A stretch of 64,000 bases of DNA from Brevibacterium luteolum (GTDB taxonomy: Bacteria > Actinomycetota > Actinomycetes > Actinomycetales > Brevibacteriaceae), in contig NZ_JABEMC010000005.1 of assembly GCF_013004595.1 (NCBI RefSeq), positions 62,001-126,000 on the forward strand, written 5' to 3'. The notes beneath the pieces were generated by a model, which saw nothing but the letters and a program-made list of their open reading frames with translations, was not told the DNA's origin and ran no database searches. The translations under genes were made by a program, and so were the position numbers. The stretch's first letter is position 1. The number at the start of each line of letters is the position of its first letter. Positions 18,401 to 27,086 of this stretch are shown in pieces.

Positions 18401-20131
18401 GGCCTTCTTCAGGCGGCGGCGCTCCATCATGCCCATCGGGTTGTCGTGCTCGGCGCGGTACTCGTTGGAGCCGGTCGCGGCGATGAGCTCGCTGAGGTTG
18501 TGCTCGTAAACATCGGGCGAGAACCTGTCGAGGGTGCGGCGCACGCCCAGCAGCACCTTGAGCGCCTGCCCCCAGCCGGCGACGGTGCGTTCGGGGTTGA
18601 GGCTGGCGTCGCGCAGCACCGGTTCGCACAGCTGAGTCAGCTGCGGGATCTTCGCAGCGACCCGTTCGGCCACGGTGCGGGCGGCCTCGGCGTCGGCATC
18701 GGAGTTGAAGCGGGCGCCGAACCACACGGTGTCCTCGACTTCAAGGGTGAAGGCACCGAGTGCTGAGAGCTTCAGCAGCTTCTCGCGCAGCCGGGAGCGG
18801 TGACCGGGTTCTGCGGTCATGATGTCGTCGCCGAAGCGCACCCCGGTCGTCGGGCCGGGCTGCTGGGCGGTCAGTCTGGCGAGGTGCTGCATCGTCTGGT
18901 AGACCGAGACTCCCCACGGCTGGCGGATCCGGTGGAGGGACTCGGCGTGCTGGGACAGGGTGTCGCGCTGTTCGTTCAGCCGCTGCAGCAGGGTGCCCAG
19001 ATCGGGGCGCTCGGCCTTCTCGGCCTGGGCGATGAGGCGGATGAGCTGACGGTGGATGTCGCGGGCGGAGTCGCGGCCGTCGATTGCCAGATCCGGCAGG
19101 CCAGCGGCCCCCATCCGGGTGGCGAAGTCATCGAGCGCATCGGAGTTCTGCGCGACGTAGAGCACGCTGCGCCCGGTGTGGGCCAGGGTCGTGGCGATCG
19201 CGGTCGCCAGCTGGGTGGCCCCAGTCCCCGGCGGGGTGTCGACGACGAGTGACTGGCCGGCCACAGCGGCATCGACGACGGCCTGCTGGTCACCGTCGAC
19301 GTCGATGGCGAGGAACTCCTCCTGCGGTCTGCGGTCCGGCAGCGGCACCGGGCCAGAGGCGGTTCCCGCCTCGGCGCCGGCTGCCGCCTGAGCGGTGGGT
19401 TCGGGCAGCGCATCGGTCTGGCCGGCGAGCGCCCTGAGGATCGGGTGCGCCTCGGGCAGCTCCTCGCCAGTGTAGGGGGAGACGATGTTGGCGAATGTGG
19501 AGACGATGAGCCGCTGGTTGACGAGAAGGCCGGGCACACTGCGGGCGACCTCGCGCAGCCGCTCGAAGACCGGGTTGGGGTCGAATCCGTGGCTGTAGCC
19601 GGTAGAGGCGACCCATTCATCGACGTCGATGGCGATGTCGTGTTCGCGGTGCAGGAAGTCGATGAGTGCGGGGTTGATGGTGATGCTCTCGTCGAGGACG
19701 ATCTCGTAGTCCTCGACCCGGGAGCCGCGCGGAACGAGGCGCACGTGACGCAGCATCACCGGTGCGGCGTAGTCGAGACGGGCGCCGGAGTCGCTGTCCT
19801 CACTCCAGGTGGCGAAGCCAATGGCCAGATGGGCGGTGTTGATGCCGCGTTCGCTGGCGAGCTGGTCGGCCTTCTGGCGGATCGAACGGGCCCGGCGGCG
19901 GGCATCGGAGAGCTGGTCATGATCCCGGATGAGGCTCGAGAGCCGGGTCGGTCTGCCGGCCAGCAGCTGTGCCAGGCCAGAGGGGTGGGCGCCGGTCAGT
20001 TCGATGGAGCCGTCGCGGGAGTCCCGATACTGCAGCATGGTGTCGCGTCCGCCGATCTTGGCAGCGCGAGCCTTCCACGCGGCAAAGGCCTCGCCGACTG
20101 TGGACTTCGTTGCATGTTCGGTTGATGACAC
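15473..20131 (-). CDS. DUF4011 / SF1 (Upf1-like) helicase / Vsr-like nuclease-domain protein with degenerate motifs
   Basis: N-terminal W..K...L..Y and ERGINTAHLAIG (DUF4011), TPPGTGATQ, WLMSP, FDTVILADA, IQGMARD, AVTRARR, C-terminal VESDG...RLR..L...GW..LRVW. Confidence 0.8.
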   Translation of the reverse strand: MSSTEHATKSTVGEAFAAWKARAAKIGGRDTMLQYRDSRDGSIELTGAHPSGLAQLLAGRPTRLSSLIRDHDQLSDARRRARSIRQKADQLASERGINTAHLAIGFATWSEDSDSGARLDYAAPVMLRHVRLVPRGSRVEDYEIVLDESITINPALIDFLHREHDIAIDVDEWVASTGYSHGFDPNPVFERLREVARSVPGLLVNQRLIVSTFANIVSPYTGEELPEAHPILRALAGQTDALPEPTAQAAAGAEAGTASGPVPLPDRRPQEEFLAIDVDGDQQAVVDAAVAGQSLVVDTPPGTGATQLATAIATTLAHTGRSVLYVAQNSDALDDFATRMGAAGLPDLAIDGRDSARDIHRQLIRLIAQAEKAERPDLGTLLQRLNEQRDTLSQHAESLHRIRQPWGVSVYQTMQHLARLTAQQPGPTTGVRFGDDIMTAEPGHRSRLREKLLKLSALGAFTLEVEDTVWFGARFNSDADAEAARTVAERVAAKIPQLTQLCEPVLRDASLNPERTVAGWGQALKVLLGVRRTLDRFSPDVYEHNLSELIAATGSNEYRAEHDNPMGMMERRRLKKAAREFLRPGAHVDDLHSALIAARDERAALKDLAGGGTRLKVPRGLLDAEEKYQEVQADLDKLSPVMADTPDGGDLDEMLVEELHARLQAMGEDKEALSDLPARTHLDAELRRAGLGELIDDLRSRRAAHELVGEEFDLAYWATVLQRLAAEDPQIGQHDSEAMHRTAADFRICDRQYVAAGAQRLQWSHAQGWKHAIGEHGQQAQALRAALRSRQFRVEPLSLTAPDVLGALAPVWLMSPFDVPQHFADLPMFDTVILADAGRMSVPEVLPAIARGKQIIAMGDDRLLGPRDFSVAVDRRTVPNGFGTPSVLAELREFLPVRSLHTSYRLSPAGLLGLVNEQFYDGTITGLPSAHTNEGTGLEFAYVPDAFGSPDTATGQVESLDAEVQRVVDLVLKHARTNARQSLAVITLTPWHAKRVAAGIQQAIRQYPYVASFFSDGSKEPFVVTDCKQIQGMARDAVIFSLGYGRTRQGRVIYNFGALSEPDGEKLLAAAVTRARRKLTLVSCFEADDFDPARLRHGAAVLPDLLAAVAAGGLSPQADTAPEAEGTSSAAGEAAETAGDDETDGAAHTPAQRIDNGSTAASRIVESDDDTSEAESGTTDAGAGGAEAAPVEDAGVELAIYNDVAPVIDDLAERLIRMGVEPHAGYAGIDLAVAVSAAGDEGMAVAVESDGASYVSRKSIRERERLRPENLARHGWRSLRVWTTDAFVDPQREAERIFDVWKDTVEELSPQAVLNAARAAAVVVGRQGNRPRVTPGLPVYTYSAEDFDAMLNWIQSDGVSRTDAGLKDQLRSALAVKSRAHRVDSVLTEAVQRFRRRANERKSTHAGTSQREEDVFVPAADARPDQTAVMPQYDTGKLREQELLDAGLVDSDEADSSAAPDDSKDNSTAAGESTAAGESFVRATTTAGKNPTPTASTTADEDEAEAADSSSGSTGAERKSADASTVEDAASPAAADADEPAGNAAGADNRKC

Positions 20132-20262
20132 ACTTCGAGCCTAACCATTAGCCAGCGGATTCGCGCGCTGGCGCACCGGGGAGCAGGAATTTTCCACGCC
20201 GCTGGTACACTGGGCTGGTTGCTCAGCAGTTGCCTGCATGCAGGTCGGCGACCGGGCGCTAT

Positions 20263-20338
20263 GCCCCCGTAGCTCAGGGGATAGAGCACCGCTCTCCTAA
20301 AGCGGGTGTCGCAGGTTCGAATCCTGCCGGGGGCGCCA
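20263..20338 (+). tRNA. tRNA-Arg (anticodon CCT)
   Basis: GCCCCCG/CGGGGGC acceptor stem, TAGCTCAG D-arm, CCGCT-CTCCTAA-AGCGG anticodon arm, GGTTCGAATCC T-arm, encoded CCA. Confidence 0.97.
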
Positions 20339-20637
20339 CTCACGCGTGCAGCAGCCCGAACCGTCGCGCGTGCGACCTGGCTCGTTCCAGATGGCCCGAC
20401 CGGGCTGCTCCCTCCTGTTTCGGATGAGCCGACCGGCACGCTTCTCCGTGCCCCGAACGGGTAAGGGTGACGCCGAGGCCCTGGAAGCGCCGGAGATGCC
20501 ACTGCCCCTCATGCTCTAGATATGCACATGTGGTGCATAACGTATGCGATCCGCCGCCAGCTGCCCTGGCCGGCCCATCCATGGCGCCGCGCGTGACCCC
20601 GCGTTCGCGTGCCGATCAGCATGAAGGAGCTCAGCCC

Positions 20638-21375
20638 GTGCCCAGAGGCATAGACACGACGCAGCCCCGCATCACGAGGCGACTAGTGTGGCTCGGCCTG
20701 GCCCTGCTGACAGTCGATGCTCTCTTCCTGCTGGCCGACATGCTCCACCGTCTCCACATCACGCGGGGAATGTTCCCGGCCTTCGCCCACCGTCTGTGGG
20801 AGGGCGATCCCGACGGCAGCCTGCTGGAGATCTGGGGTTACGTGAAAGCCGTCGCCGGTGGCATCGCACTCGTCTGGCTCTGGCGTCGGCTGCTCGCAGC
20901 ACCAGTGCTGTTGGTCGCCGGCTGCATCCTCTTCTTCATCGCTGCCGACGATTCCCTGCGCCTTCATGAGCAGATCGGCAGGGCGATCGCCTGGAACCTG
21001 GGCTTTTCGGCGATGTGGAACCTGGGCGGACAGGACTTCGGCGAGCTGCTGTTCTGGGCGATCACCGGCTCGGGACTGCTCGCCTGGTTCATGATCGCCT
21101 TCCGCCGGTCTGCCCCGCAGCCGCGGCGCATCGTCTGGTTCCTCGTCCCGCCCCTGGCCTCTCTCGCCTTCTGCGCCGCGATCTTCGACGGCATCGGCCC
21201 GGCTTCTCGCCAGTGGGGCTGGTCGACGCGTGCCCGTTACCTGGCCACCTGGGCGGAAGGCGCCGGTGAGCAGCTGTCGATCACCGCGGTGGTCTTAGTG
21301 ATCGCCTACTTCGTGTTCCTGCACGTGCGCAGCCGCGGCCTCCGCACCACCAGGACGCAGGGCCTCACTGACTGA
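20638..21375 (+). CDS. Multi-pass membrane protein of unknown function
   Basis: GAAGGAG RBS, about 6 TM segments, DDSLRLHE and GQDFGEL motifs. Confidence 0.75.
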   Translation: MPRGIDTTQPRITRRLVWLGLALLTVDALFLLADMLHRLHITRGMFPAFAHRLWEGDPDGSLLEIWGYVKAVAGGIALVWLWRRLLAAPVLLVAGCILFFIAADDSLRLHEQIGRAIAWNLGFSAMWNLGGQDFGELLFWAITGSGLLAWFMIAFRRSAPQPRRIVWFLVPPLASLAFCAAIFDGIGPASRQWGWSTRARYLATWAEGAGEQLSITAVVLVIAYFVFLHVRSRGLRTTRTQGLTD

Positions 21376-22321
21376 CAGTGCCCGGCCCCTCAGCAGCCGT
21401 GCGGTTGAAGGCGACGGAGCTCTTCGCCCGTGTATCGACGCGGAGGCTGAAGACATCGGGCCGGGAGTAGTGGCCGACGGGATCGAAGTCGAGGTGCGAG
21501 CGGTGCTTGGCTGCAAGATCGACATCGGCGTACAGGATCGTCTCCTCATCGAACACCGGGCCGGCGAGCACGGCCCCGGTCGGGTCGATGATGACGCTGC
21601 CGCCGCGAATGATCGACTCGGGGTTCGGCGGGTCGAAGTCGAACGGGTGATCGTCGGGCAGCGCGGAGGCCGGCAGGTATTGGCAGGCCGAGAGCACGAA
21701 TACCCGGCCCTCGATGGCGATATGCGTCATCGACGACTGCCACACATCGCGGTCGTCGACGGTGGGGGCGCAGTACACCTCGACGCCCTGGGCGTACATC
21801 GCCTGCCGCATGAGCGGCATGTAGTTCTCCCAGCAGATGACCGAGCCGACCCTGCCGGCCGCGGTGTCCATCGTGTCGAGGGTCGATCCGTCGCCGAATC
21901 CCCACACGAGCCGTTCGATGCCGGTGGGCATGAGCTTGCGGTGCGCACCGGTGAGCCCATCGTCGGGTGAGATGAGCAGGGCCGTGCAGTACAGAGTATT
22001 GCCCAGCCGTTCGATGACGCCGATGACGAGGGCTGTGCGGTGCTCAGCCGCGGCCTGGACGAGCTGGTCGACCTCCGGCCCGTCGAGCGTGATCGCCCCG
22101 GCCCGGTAGCGGGCGAACTCATCGCGGCCGCGCTCGGTGCGAAATCCCAGCGCTGCACCGAATGCAGTGCCCTTGGGGTAGCCGCCGATGAACGCCTCAG
22201 GGAACACGATGAGCTCAGCGCCCCTGCCGGCCGCCTCGCTGATCGCCGCACACGCCTTGTCCGTCGAGGCCTGCGCGTCGAAGAGCACCGCGCCGCTCTG
22301 CACCACTGCCGCTGTCGTCAT
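21365..22321 (-). CDS. Nitrilase (carbon-nitrogen hydrolase)
   Basis: Catalytic E-K-C in FPEAFIGGYP, HRKLMPT, ICWENYMP; DPVGHYSRPDVF. Confidence 0.93.
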   Translation of the reverse strand: MTTAAVVQSGAVLFDAQASTDKACAAISEAAGRGAELIVFPEAFIGGYPKGTAFGAALGFRTERGRDEFARYRAGAITLDGPEVDQLVQAAAEHRTALVIGVIERLGNTLYCTALLISPDDGLTGAHRKLMPTGIERLVWGFGDGSTLDTMDTAAGRVGSVICWENYMPLMRQAMYAQGVEVYCAPTVDDRDVWQSSMTHIAIEGRVFVLSACQYLPASALPDDHPFDFDPPNPESIIRGGSVIIDPTGAVLAGPVFDEETILYADVDLAAKHRSHLDFDPVGHYSRPDVFSLRVDTRAKSSVAFNRTAAEGPGTVSQ

Positions 22322-22528
22322 GACCGTCTCCTCACATCGTGTGACCAGGTTCACTGCGCACCCTATCGAGCACCGGCCGGTGACGACAGGCGCAACCGGC
22401 CACCGCCTCGGGCGCGTGGCGTTCGGTAACGACCCGGTGAACAGTGGGGATCGCCCAGCCGCTCTTGGCCGGCGGCTGGACTACAGTGAGAGCGACAGCT
22501 CTCCGTCCTGCACGTGAAGGAACCCCCG

Positions 22529-22981
22529 ATGTCAGCATTCCAGGCCCCTCCGGGCATGCAATCCCCGATCTACGGCGCCGACTTCTCCGTCGCGATCGTC
22601 CGCCTCGTCCGCAAGGCCCTCGTTTTCGTCGGCCGCTCCAGCCGCAGCGAATACTGGTGGGGCCTCCTCGGCCTCGTCCTCGCCAATATCGCCATCAGCA
22701 TCCTCCAGTCGATCATCCTCGGCCCGGCCGAACTGCTCTCCGGGGCGTTCAACACCGGTGTCTTCTCCGGTTTCGGCAACCTGGCGACCATGCCGCTGTC
22801 GCTGCTGTCGCTCGCGCTCATGGTCCCGCAGCTCGCGCTGAGCTTCCGCCGCTTGCACGACGCCAACTACTCCGGCTGGTTCGGTCTGCTCATCCTCCTC
22901 CCGGGCCTCGGCTGGATCGCCTCGATCGCCCTCGGGTTCCTGCCGACTGTGCAGAACACCCGCTACGAGACCACGGTGTGA
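22529..22981 (+). CDS. DUF805-family membrane protein
   Basis: GRSSRSEYWW and RRLHDANYSGW. Confidence 0.92.
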   Translation: MSAFQAPPGMQSPIYGADFSVAIVRLVRKALVFVGRSSRSEYWWGLLGLVLANIAISILQSIILGPAELLSGAFNTGVFSGFGNLATMPLSLLSLALMVPQLALSFRRLHDANYSGWFGLLILLPGLGWIASIALGFLPTVQNTRYETTV

Positions 22982-23012
22982 CACGGCTCAGCCACGCTTG
23001 AGCACACAGCAG

Positions 23013-23042
23013 CAGCGGCCGCATCGATCGATGCGGCCGCTG
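23013..23042. terminator. Perfect 30-bp palindrome between convergent genes
   Basis: CAGCGGCCGCATCGA|TCGATGCGGCCGCTG. Confidence 0.7.
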
Positions 23043-23074
23043 TCGTCTGCTCGGGCCGGGCCCGAGGTGTGGGT

Positions 23075-23977
23075 TCAGTCGTCGACGGCGTCGCGACCGC
23101 GGCGGACGATCTTCGGGTCAGCGGCGTAGACGACCGAGGAGTCCTTGCCGGCGTAGTCGAACTGGTTGAGATAGAAGCGCATGGCGTTGAGGCGGGCGCG
23201 CTTCTTGTCGTTGGATTTGATGGTGATCCACGGCGCGTGGTCGGTGTCGGTGCGCCGGAAGGTCTCCTCCTTCGCCTTCGTGTAGTCCTCCCAGCGGTCG
23301 AGGGACTCCAGATCCATCGGTGAGAGCTTCCACTGCCGGACCGGGTCGATCTGGCGGATGGCGAAGCGGGTGCGCTGCTCGGACTGGGTGACGGAGAACC
23401 AGAACTTCGTGATGTGGATGCCGGAGTCGATGAGCATCTTCTCGAACATCGGCGCCTGCACCATGAACTCCTCGTACTGCTCATCGGTGCAGAAGCCCAT
23501 AACGCGCTCGACGTTGCCGCGGTTGTACCAGGAGCGGTCGAACATCACGATCTCGCCGTGGGTGGGCAGGTGCTGAACGTAGCGCTGGAAGTACCACTGG
23601 CCCTGCTCGCGGTCGGAGGGCTTGTTCAGTGCGACGACGCGGGCGGCGCGGGGATTCAGGTGCTCGGTGAAGCGCTTGATGGTCCCGCCCTTGCCGGCGG
23701 CATCGCGGCCTTCGAAGACGATGACGTGGCGCAGGTCGTGGTCCTGGCTCCAGTACTGGAACTTCAGCAGCTCGACCTGGAGGCGGTACTTCTCCAGTTC
23801 GTACTCCTCGCGGCTCATCCGTTCGTCATACGGGTAGCCTTCGCGCCAGGTTTCGACCGCTTTGCCCATCGGGTCGATGAGGTCGGGGTCGGGGTTGTGG
23901 CCATCAGCGACGGTGTAGCCTTCGGTGTTGAGTCGATCGATGTATTCTCGCAGATTCTCGCGCTGTGACAGATCCAC
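23075..23977 (-). CDS. ppk2: Polyphosphate kinase 2
   Basis: FEGRDAAGKGGTIKRF, FDRSWYNR, WKLSPMD; start placed at GTG 23977 (uncertain). Confidence 0.95.
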   Translation of the reverse strand: MDLSQRENLREYIDRLNTEGYTVADGHNPDPDLIDPMGKAVETWREGYPYDERMSREEYELEKYRLQVELLKFQYWSQDHDLRHVIVFEGRDAAGKGGTIKRFTEHLNPRAARVVALNKPSDREQGQWYFQRYVQHLPTHGEIVMFDRSWYNRGNVERVMGFCTDEQYEEFMVQAPMFEKMLIDSGIHITKFWFSVTQSEQRTRFAIRQIDPVRQWKLSPMDLESLDRWEDYTKAKEETFRRTDTDHAPWITIKSNDKKRARLNAMRFYLNQFDYAGKDSSVVYAADPKIVRRGRDAVDD

Positions 23978-24096
23978 TGGTCCACTTTCTGTTCGGCAGC
24001 TGGTATTCGGCTGGAGTTCCGGTGCCGCTGGCCCCACTGATGCGGGGCCAGCGGCGGAGCTGGTGCGATGGCGGTGCCGGCCGGCACCGCCGGTGA

Positions 24097-25113
24097 TCAG
24101 CGGGAGACCCGCACGACCATCGTCGGGCACTTGGCGTAGGGCAGCACCGATTGCGAGGTCGAGCCCAACAGCAAGCCGGCGAATCCGCCGCGGCCGCGGG
24201 AGCCGATGACGAGGACATCAGCGGTGTCGGAGGCGCGCACAAGCACCTCGGCCGGCTGCCCGTCGAACAGCGTCCAGCGCACTGTGAGGTCCGGGTGCTT
24301 CTCCTTGAGCGCGTCCCGGGCGTCGATGAGGGCCCCGGAGCTCTCGTCGATGAAGCGGCGCATGTCGCCGGTGCTCGGAAGCCATTCCGGGCCGACGACA
24401 GCCGTGATCGTCACGCCGACGACGTGCAGCGGTGTGCCGCGTTGGGCTGCCAGGGAGGCGGCTTCCCACAGGGCCGGTGAGTCCTTGCCGAGGGAGTCGA
24501 CGCCGACGACGACGGAGCTGGAGAAGTCCATCCCGGGCACCGTTTCCATCTCCGAGTCGGTGTCGATGACGCCGTGCTCGTAGTGGCGAATCGGCCGTGA
24601 GGCGGTCTGCTTGGGCACGCGTTCCCCGTCCGGGGTCCAGCCCACGGGGATGACGACGGTCGGGCAGGCGGAGTGGGCTGGCAGCGCCGAGGAGACGGTG
24701 CCGAGCAGCCGGCCTGCGAACCCGCCGCGTCCGCGGGAGCCGACGACAGCCAGCGAGGCGGCCTTCGACTCCTCAACGAGGACACCGGCGGCATCCCCGA
24801 TCTCGATGACGGCCTCGACGGGGATGTCGGCGGCCTTGACCTCGGCGGCGGCTTCCTTGAGAGTCGCCGTCACTGAGGCACGGATTGCGGTGTCGTCGAT
24901 CGGGACATAGGAGACGTCGATCGTGGCAGCGGTGACACTTGGGATCGTGTAAGCGCCGACGAGGCGGATCGAGCGGCCCAGTGCCTTCGCTTCGCCGATC
25001 GCCCAGCGCAACGCGTTGCGGCTGGCCTTCGAGCCGTCGATGCCGACGAGAATCGCTTCCGGGTCGGCGACATCGGGGGCGGGCGTGTTCTGGGTGTTCG
25101 CGTCTTCGGTCAC
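24097..25113 (-). CDS. Tandem-domain universal stress protein
   Basis: Two USP domains: VGIDGS / VGVD, GSRGRGGFAG.LLG twice. Confidence 0.94.
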   Translation of the reverse strand: MTEDANTQNTPAPDVADPEAILVGIDGSKASRNALRWAIGEAKALGRSIRLVGAYTIPSVTAATIDVSYVPIDDTAIRASVTATLKEAAAEVKAADIPVEAVIEIGDAAGVLVEESKAASLAVVGSRGRGGFAGRLLGTVSSALPAHSACPTVVIPVGWTPDGERVPKQTASRPIRHYEHGVIDTDSEMETVPGMDFSSSVVVGVDSLGKDSPALWEAASLAAQRGTPLHVVGVTITAVVGPEWLPSTGDMRRFIDESSGALIDARDALKEKHPDLTVRWTLFDGQPAEVLVRASDTADVLVIGSRGRGGFAGLLLGSTSQSVLPYAKCPTMVVRVSR

Positions 25114-25523
25114 GGTAACTCCTTAGAGAGGATTGTGATCTCCACAATACCGCCTCAGCCGGGCCGACGGCCGCCCCAGCACACTGTCCGATCCGCCCAT
25201 TCTCGCGATATGGTCACGCAGGATCCGACACACCAGGCATACGGCGACATTCTCAACTTCACGCACATGCCGTGCTACGCCGCTGCGCCTGCCGGAATGC
25301 GCGGACAATAGGCATATTGATACCGATACACCGGTCGCAACCCTGTTTGGGTGCGCACGTGCGCTCAACCGCTCAGCGATGCATCTGATAACAACCATAG
25401 GGGTTCCGCGTCTATCAGCCCCCATAATCAAGGGAACTTGATACGATCGACGAGTGAGTGCAGAATCCAGCGTCGGCCGGTCCCCGGCCGAGTCGCAGAT
25501 TCCGCGAATCGAAAGGAGCAACA

Positions 25524-25790
25524 ATGGGCTTCCTAGCATTTCTTCTTCTCGGTCTCATCGCAGGTGCCATCGCCAAGGCGATCCTCCCGGGTCGTCAGGG
25601 TGGCGGCTGGCTCGGCGCGCTCGTCTGCGGTGTCATCGGCGCCCTGCTCGGCGGCTGGCTCGGCAGCGTTCTGTTCGGTAAGGGTGTCGACGCGTTCTTC
25701 GACATCGGATCCTGGCTGCTGGCCATCGGCGGCTCACTGATCGTGCTCATCGTCTGGGGATTCATCTCCGGACGCACCCGTCGCGACTGA
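25524..25790 (+). CDS. GlsB/YeaQ/YmgE (transglycosylase-associated) stress membrane protein
   Basis: GLIAGAIAKAILPG..GGW...GVIGALLGG; AAAGGAG RBS. Confidence 0.92.
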   Translation: MGFLAFLLLGLIAGAIAKAILPGRQGGGWLGALVCGVIGALLGGWLGSVLFGKGVDAFFDIGSWLLAIGGSLIVLIVWGFISGRTRRD

Positions 25791-25818
25791 TCTCAGCGCT
25801 TTAGTCTGAGACGCAGCG

Positions 25819-25854
25819 GACAGGCGGTCTGACCTTCGGGGCAGGCCGCCTGTC
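25819..25854 (+). terminator. Hairpin terminator
   Basis: GACAGGCGGTCTG-ACCTTCGGGG-CAGGCCGCCTGTC. Confidence 0.65.
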
Positions 25855-25930
25855 GGCATTCATGGGCGGCTTCCTGCTTTCGCGTGAGGCCCGCACCAGG
25901 CCGCTGGCCGCCGCAGGCACACCGAATGTG

Positions 25931-26038
25931 CGTTGAGTACCACATCGAGAGGCCTGAATGTTGCAGTCAACGACGTCGAAACGGCCAGAACATCGACGTT
26001 GAGTGCCACATCGAGTTCACTCGATGTGGCACTCGACG
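25931..26038. repeat. REP-like pair of related hairpins
   Basis: CGTTGAGT(A/G)CCACATCGAG occurs twice, each copy followed by an inverted copy. Confidence 0.7.
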
Positions 26039-26060
26039 CTGACAACACCTATCAGCGTCC

Positions 26061-26564
26061 TCAGGCAGCAGTGGCGTAGGACAGGAACGGCCGCCACTGT
26101 TCGGCGGGATTATCGAGCTCACGCAGCCAGAACCGGCCGGTGCGCGGCGGGCCGGGGGTGAACGGCAGGGACCAGCCCATCTCCTCTGGGGTCCGGTCGC
26201 CCTTCTCGTTGTTGCATGACCGGCAGCAGGCAACGAGATTCTGCCAAGTGTTGCCGCCGCCTCGGGAGCGGGGCAGCACATGATCGACCGTATTGGCGTG
26301 ACCGCGGCAGTACGCGCACGTGGCGTCGTCGCGGCGGAGCACTCCCCTGCGCGAAAGCGTCACCGAGGCGCCGCTCGGCGGACGCACGTAGCGTGTCAGC
26401 AGGATGACCGAGGGCTGTTCGAGCGACAGTGTCTCACTGCGCACCTGCACGCAGGAGTCTGCGGCAAGCACGGTCGCCTTTCCGGCCAGGACGAGGATGA
26501 TGGCGCGTCTGAACGACACGATGGACATCGGCTCGTAACCGGCATTGAGCACCAGGGTCTTCAC
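26061..26564 (-). CDS. HNH endonuclease (actinobacterial LVLNA-type)
   Basis: KTLVLNAGYEP, RD..CAYC...TVDHVLPRSRGG..TWQNLVACC..CN..KG. Confidence 0.92.
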   Translation of the reverse strand: MKTLVLNAGYEPMSIVSFRRAIILVLAGKATVLAADSCVQVRSETLSLEQPSVILLTRYVRPPSGASVTLSRRGVLRRDDATCAYCRGHANTVDHVLPRSRGGGNTWQNLVACCRSCNNEKGDRTPEEMGWSLPFTPGPPRTGRFWLRELDNPAEQWRPFLSYATAA

Positions 26565-26764
26565 AGGTTCGCTCCTCTGCTGAGAACACACAAGGCGCTG
26601 CACATTCGTGCAACGCCTTGGAACTGGGAGATCTGCCGTGCAGGCACGGCGGGTATCGAGTCGACTATGGACTCGGCTATGGAATCGACGATGTCGAAGA
26701 CAGCCACGGCGTCGGTGCGCTCGGGAAGCAGGCTCGGCGCCGGCGCGGTCTGCGCAGTCGTCAT
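26561..26764 (-). CDS. Putative 67-aa ORF translationally coupled to the HNH gene
   Basis: GAAGGGAG RBS before ATG; stop overlaps the HNH GTG start (GTGA). Confidence 0.45.
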   Translation of the reverse strand: MTTAQTAPAPSLLPERTDAVAVFDIVDSIAESIVDSIPAVPARQISQFQGVARMCSALCVLSRGANL

Positions 26765-26980
26765 AGCCCGTCTCCCTTCTGTGCTCGCCTGCCGTGCCCG
26801 GCGGCAGGCCGCCGGGGTAGTCGCGTGGTCCATATCACTGCGCACCAGACTAGCGCAGCGCAGACGTTTTCGCCTCCCACGCGCACACAGTGGGCGCAGA
26901 GTTGCCGAATAGACGGCAACTGTTCACCGGGATTCACCAGCGGTTCGCCGCCCGCGCAAAGATCCGAGCGCGCCGGCAAC

Positions 26981-27060
26981 GGGGGGCGGGAGCCTGGGGC
27001 CGGCGGGCCGAGAAGCGATCCGGGGGCGGGAGCCTGAGGCCGGCGGGCCGAGAGGCGATC
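26981..27060. repeat. Two 40-bp tandem direct repeats
   Basis: GGGGGCGGGAGCCTG(G/A)GGCCGGCGGGCCGAGA(A/G)GCGATC twice; 3 mismatches in 40. Confidence 0.85.
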
Positions 27061-27086
27061 CGGGCGCGCCGCTTCGGCATGCACAG

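Noticed and set aside
20263..20640. Prophage or ICE integrated at tRNA-Arg
   Set aside because: No integrase, phage or conjugation genes, and no att duplication seen
26061..26564. HNH gene as an IscB/Cas9-like or homing nuclease
   Set aside because: 167 aa with no RuvC or PLMP motifs and no IS ends; fits the common stand-alone actinobacterial HNH type
26981..27060. 40-bp repeats as a CRISPR array
   Set aside because: Only two directly adjacent units, no spacers and no cas genes
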